28,017 bases of DNA from a virus (taxonomy: Duplodnaviria; Caudoviricetes). Where the stretch lies: positions 1 through 28,017 of IMG/VR virus record IMGVR_UViG_3300020337_000013. One strand, written 5' to 3'. The notes under the pieces were generated by a model, which made no database searches, was not told where the DNA came from, and saw only the letters and a program-made list of their open reading frames with translations. The position numbers and the translations under genes are program-made. Positions 26,254 through 28,017 of this stretch are shown piece by piece. Position 1 is the stretch's first letter; each line of letters begins with the position of its first letter.

Positions 26254-26466
26254 TCACTCACCTCCTTTTTTCACATAACGATTATATAATTCTTTTTCTT
26301 CTCTTGCCATACCTTTACGATACTCTTTCATTGCTTCTGAATTTGTATAAGGTACACAATAACTAAATCCTATTTTCTTAGCCTCACCATAACTTATCTT
26401 ATCGTAAGTATTCTTACCATAGCGTTTGGCTATTTTTTCAGAGTTTATTTTCCAAATAGTAGTCAT
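26254..26466 (-). CDS. Hypothetical protein (likely start MTTIWK at 26466)
   Basis: ORF track 26254..26478; ATGA overlap with upstream gene. Confidence 0.6.
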   Translation of the reverse strand: MTTIWKINSEKIAKRYGKNTYDKISYGEAKKIGFSYCVPYTNSEAMKEYRKGMAREEKELYNRYVKKGGE

Positions 26467-26669
26467 TGTACAAAACACTCATATGGTATCGTAAACGATA
26501 GATAAAACAATAATATGATATTAGCTGCAGATAAACATGCAGTCAAAAAGATTGCCCACTCAAGTCTGTGTGGCCATACTTTAAATTCAAAGAAGTCTTC
26601 TACACTCCACCAGAAGTTTTGTAGAAACTTCCAAGTATCAATACATATTTCTTTAAATATCGTTTTCAA
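26463..26669 (-). CDS. Hypothetical membrane protein (68 aa)
   Basis: Trp/Phe-rich amphipathic N-terminus and hydrophobic WAIFLTACLSAANIILLFYLSF segment. Confidence 0.6.
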   Translation of the reverse strand: MKTIFKEICIDTWKFLQNFWWSVEDFFEFKVWPHRLEWAIFLTACLSAANIILLFYLSFTIPYECFVQ

Positions 26670-26910
26670 GATTTAATCCTTTATCTTTGTTGCGTTTTTG
26701 ATCCTCTAAATAATTCTTATAACCTTCTTGACTATAACATTCAGCTGTTACGACAACTGTTTCAAACTTATTTTTAAAGATATAATCTATATCAGCTTTT
26801 GCTTGACTACAATGACCAAACGAAGTATATGCTCGTAACTCGTAAGTCTTTGGATCAAAAGCATTGTCATTGTGTATAATTGATACAGCTAGTACCATTA
26901 ACCATTTCAT
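26653..26910 (-). CDS. Hypothetical protein with two Cys (85 aa)
   Basis: MKWLMVLAVSII hydrophobic start; Y.S...C..A...C pattern. Confidence 0.6.
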   Translation of the reverse strand: MKWLMVLAVSIIHNDNAFDPKTYELRAYTSFGHCSQAKADIDYIFKNKFETVVVTAECYSQEGYKNYLEDQKRNKDKGLNLENDI

Positions 26911-27026
26911 TTCGTATTCTCCTCGGTTGCATCACACCAATTACACGGATAACCCTTTTCTGTACCTATAATATCTTTTTCTACAGGACAGTAATGTTCC
27001 CAAAATTCTATATCATCAGAAATCAT
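26907..27026 (-). CDS. Tiny putative zinc-binding protein (39 aa; HxC...CxxC)
   Basis: MISDDIEFWEHYCPVEKDIIGTEKGYPCNWCDATEENTK; start moved from 27089 to 27026 because the longer form overlaps the SDHAF4-like gene. Confidence 0.6.
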   Translation of the reverse strand: MISDDIEFWEHYCPVEKDIIGTEKGYPCNWCDATEENTK

Positions 27027-27177
27027 AACAGATACCTTTCTTTTCCCAATCACCATAACGCGTGGGTTCGGGACCCTTACGACCACCAATCTCTTTTTCG
27101 TTTGAAAACTGAGATAGTTTTACATTTGTAATTTGTGGCGAACGCCATTCTATTTCGTAAGGGTACCAACCGCACAT
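27016..27177 (-). CDS. SDHAF4/Sdh8 (DUF1674) succinate dehydrogenase assembly factor homolog (53 aa), not in ORF track
   Basis: Manual translation MCGWYPYEIEWRSPQITNVKLSQFSNEKEIGGRKGPEPTRYGDWEKKGICYDF*; C-terminus matches the family signature E.GG.KGPEPTRYGDWE.KG.C.DF-stop. Confidence 0.88.
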   Translation of the reverse strand: MCGWYPYEIEWRSPQITNVKLSQFSNEKEIGGRKGPEPTRYGDWEKKGICYDF

Positions 27178-27182
27178 ATTAG

Positions 27183-27494
27183 TTACTCACTAGCACCAGT
27201 GTTACCAAAGTAAGCTAATGGATTAGTAGGAGCACCAGTGTTACCAAAGTAAGCTAATGCAGTAGAACCCATAGCAGCATTGGCTGCAGCAATCATAGCT
27301 CGTGAAGGTCTACCAACTCTATACGCAACACCTTCTGATGTATCGTTACGATAGATACACATACCTGATGCTCTGAGTGAGTCAATTAGTTTTCTTGGTG
27401 ATTTAACTTTTGTCTTGAGATAAGACCAAGTCACATTACGACCTGAGTTTAGTTTGTTTACAATTTTTTGTGTTGTACTTAGTTTTTTATACAT
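27183..27494 (-). CDS. Putative winged-helix DNA-binding early protein (103 aa)
   Basis: Basic; KIV..L.SG..VT......VKSPR..I..LR..G..IY.N......YR.G.PSRAMIAA pattern; GGAG RBS and sigma70 promoter directly upstream. Confidence 0.6.
   Translation of the reverse strand: MYKKLSTTQKIVNKLNSGRNVTWSYLKTKVKSPRKLIDSLRASGMCIYRNDTSEGVAYRVGRPSRAMIAAANAAMGSTALAYFGNTGAPTNPLAYFGNTGASE
27192..27259. repeat. 29-bp exact direct repeat x2 (27192..27220, 27231..27259), 39-bp period
   Basis: AGCACCAGTGTTACCAAAGTAAGCTAATG twice, encoding LAYFGNTGA twice in frame. Confidence 0.92.
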
Positions 27495-27527
27495 TTACAC
27501 TCCATAGTTTAAGTTATTATTAATCAT

Positions 27528-27556
27528 AGTATACCATAGTTTTCGTTGAATGTCAA
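27528..27556 (-). promoter_or_regulatory. Sigma70 early promoter TTGACA-N17-TATACT with extended -10 TG
   Basis: Minus strand TTGACA TTCAACGAAAACTATGG TATACT, intergenic, upstream of ATG at 27494. Confidence 0.88.
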
Positions 27557-27564
27557 GGGTGTTG

Positions 27565-27735
27565 TTAATCGTCATCCATTTCTACACAATATGCACCACC
27601 ATCAAAGTCACCAAATGCACATCTATAGGGTAAGTTCTTCGCTTCAACCCAACCGAGATATTTCGTACCTGGTCGTTCTGCATAGTATTTAGCTACTCTA
27701 TCACTTCTATATGGTTGTATTTTTCTTTTACTCAT
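27565..27735 (-). CDS. Hypothetical protein (56 aa), not in ORF track
   Basis: MSKRKIQPYRSDRVAKYYAERPGTKYLGWVEAKNLPYRCAFGDFDGGAYCVEMDDD*; fits exactly between two promoters. Confidence 0.7.
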   Translation of the reverse strand: MSKRKIQPYRSDRVAKYYAERPGTKYLGWVEAKNLPYRCAFGDFDGGAYCVEMDDD

Positions 27736-27741
27736 AGATTT

Positions 27742-27770
27742 ATTCTATACTTTCTTACAGTTTTCGTCAA
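27742..27770 (-). promoter_or_regulatory. Sigma70 early promoter TTGACG-N17-TAGAAT
   Basis: Minus strand TTGACG AAAACTGTAAGAAAGTA TAGAAT, intergenic; 6 nt from ATG at 27735. Confidence 0.8.
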
Positions 27771-27780
27771 GGGTAACTCG

Positions 27781-27924
27781 CTATTTTTTTTTACGATTTT
27801 TTTTCGTAATGTGTTCTCTGCGTAGACCTTTCACCCATACTCCGACTATGACAAATCCCCACAATACCCATAGTACAATTACTATAGCTAACATCTTTGC
27901 AAAGAGTATCTGACCTATATCCAT
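27781..27924 (-). CDS. Small single-pass membrane protein (47 aa), not in ORF track
   Basis: MDIGQILFAKMLAIVIVLWVLWGFVIVGVWVKGLRREHITKKNRKKK*; one TM helix followed by a basic tail. Confidence 0.7.
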   Translation of the reverse strand: MDIGQILFAKMLAIVIVLWVLWGFVIVGVWVKGLRREHITKKNRKKK

Positions 27925-27930
27925 ACTATA

Positions 27931-28017
27931 TCATTGAATGTCATAGAGTGTTCCTTCAAAATAATCGGGTTGTACATACGGCATAGTTTTGATCTGAAAG
28001 TATATATCAGAGAATAC
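27931..28017 (-). CDS. 3' end of a hypothetical gene entering from the right edge
   Basis: Open frame ...VFSDIYFQIKTMPYVQPDYFEGTLYDIQ* ending 6 nt before the next ATG. Confidence 0.5.
   Translation of the reverse strand, partial: VFSDIYFQIKTMPYVQPDYFEGTLYDIQ

Noticed and set aside
25872-26366. 164-aa plus-strand ORF
   Set aside because: Antisense to tightly coupled minus-strand genes, one with a strong RBS
27027-27089. N-terminal extension of the 60-aa ORF 26907..27089
   Set aside because: Overlaps the conserved SDHAF4 motif in another frame; ATG at 27026 is the more plausible start
27192-27259. 29-bp repeat pair as a mini-CRISPR array
   Set aside because: Only two copies, 10-bp spacer, in frame within a CDS, no cas genes
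27784-27809. TTACGA..TCGTAA hairpin with homopolymer runs as a terminator or slippage site
   Set aside because: Weak AT-rich stem inside a CDS, followed by A's rather than U's on the coding strand; explained by Lys codons
1-28017. tRNA/rRNA genes, introns, inteins or stop-codon recoding
   Set aside because: Intergenic gaps are very short, core genes are uninterrupted in the standard code, and no splice or intein motifs were recognised by eye

Overview
AT-rich fragment of a large T4-like myophage, most similar in layout to marine pelagiphage/cyanophage T4-likes; an alphaproteobacterial host is inferred. All credible genes lie on the minus strand. Read right to left: small early-type genes behind two near-consensus sigma70 promoters (including a 53-aa SDHAF4/Sdh8/DUF1674 homolog missed by the ORF track, a winged-helix-like protein and ThyX); then the baseplate module gp5, small basic protein, PAAR, gp25, gp6, gp7, gp9/10-like; an inserted cassette of three paralogous mini-fibre genes and two chaperones; gp8; a 2461-aa VrlC-like virion protein; small structural genes; and two paralogous genes (one a complete Gly-rich fibre) at the left edge. 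T4 late-promoter motifs (TATAAATA and variants) punctuate the structural region. Highlights are the phage-borne complex II assembly factor, the modular fibre cassettes, motif arrays in gp7 and two apparently leaderless transcripts. Family assignments are from motif recognition only; no searches were run.
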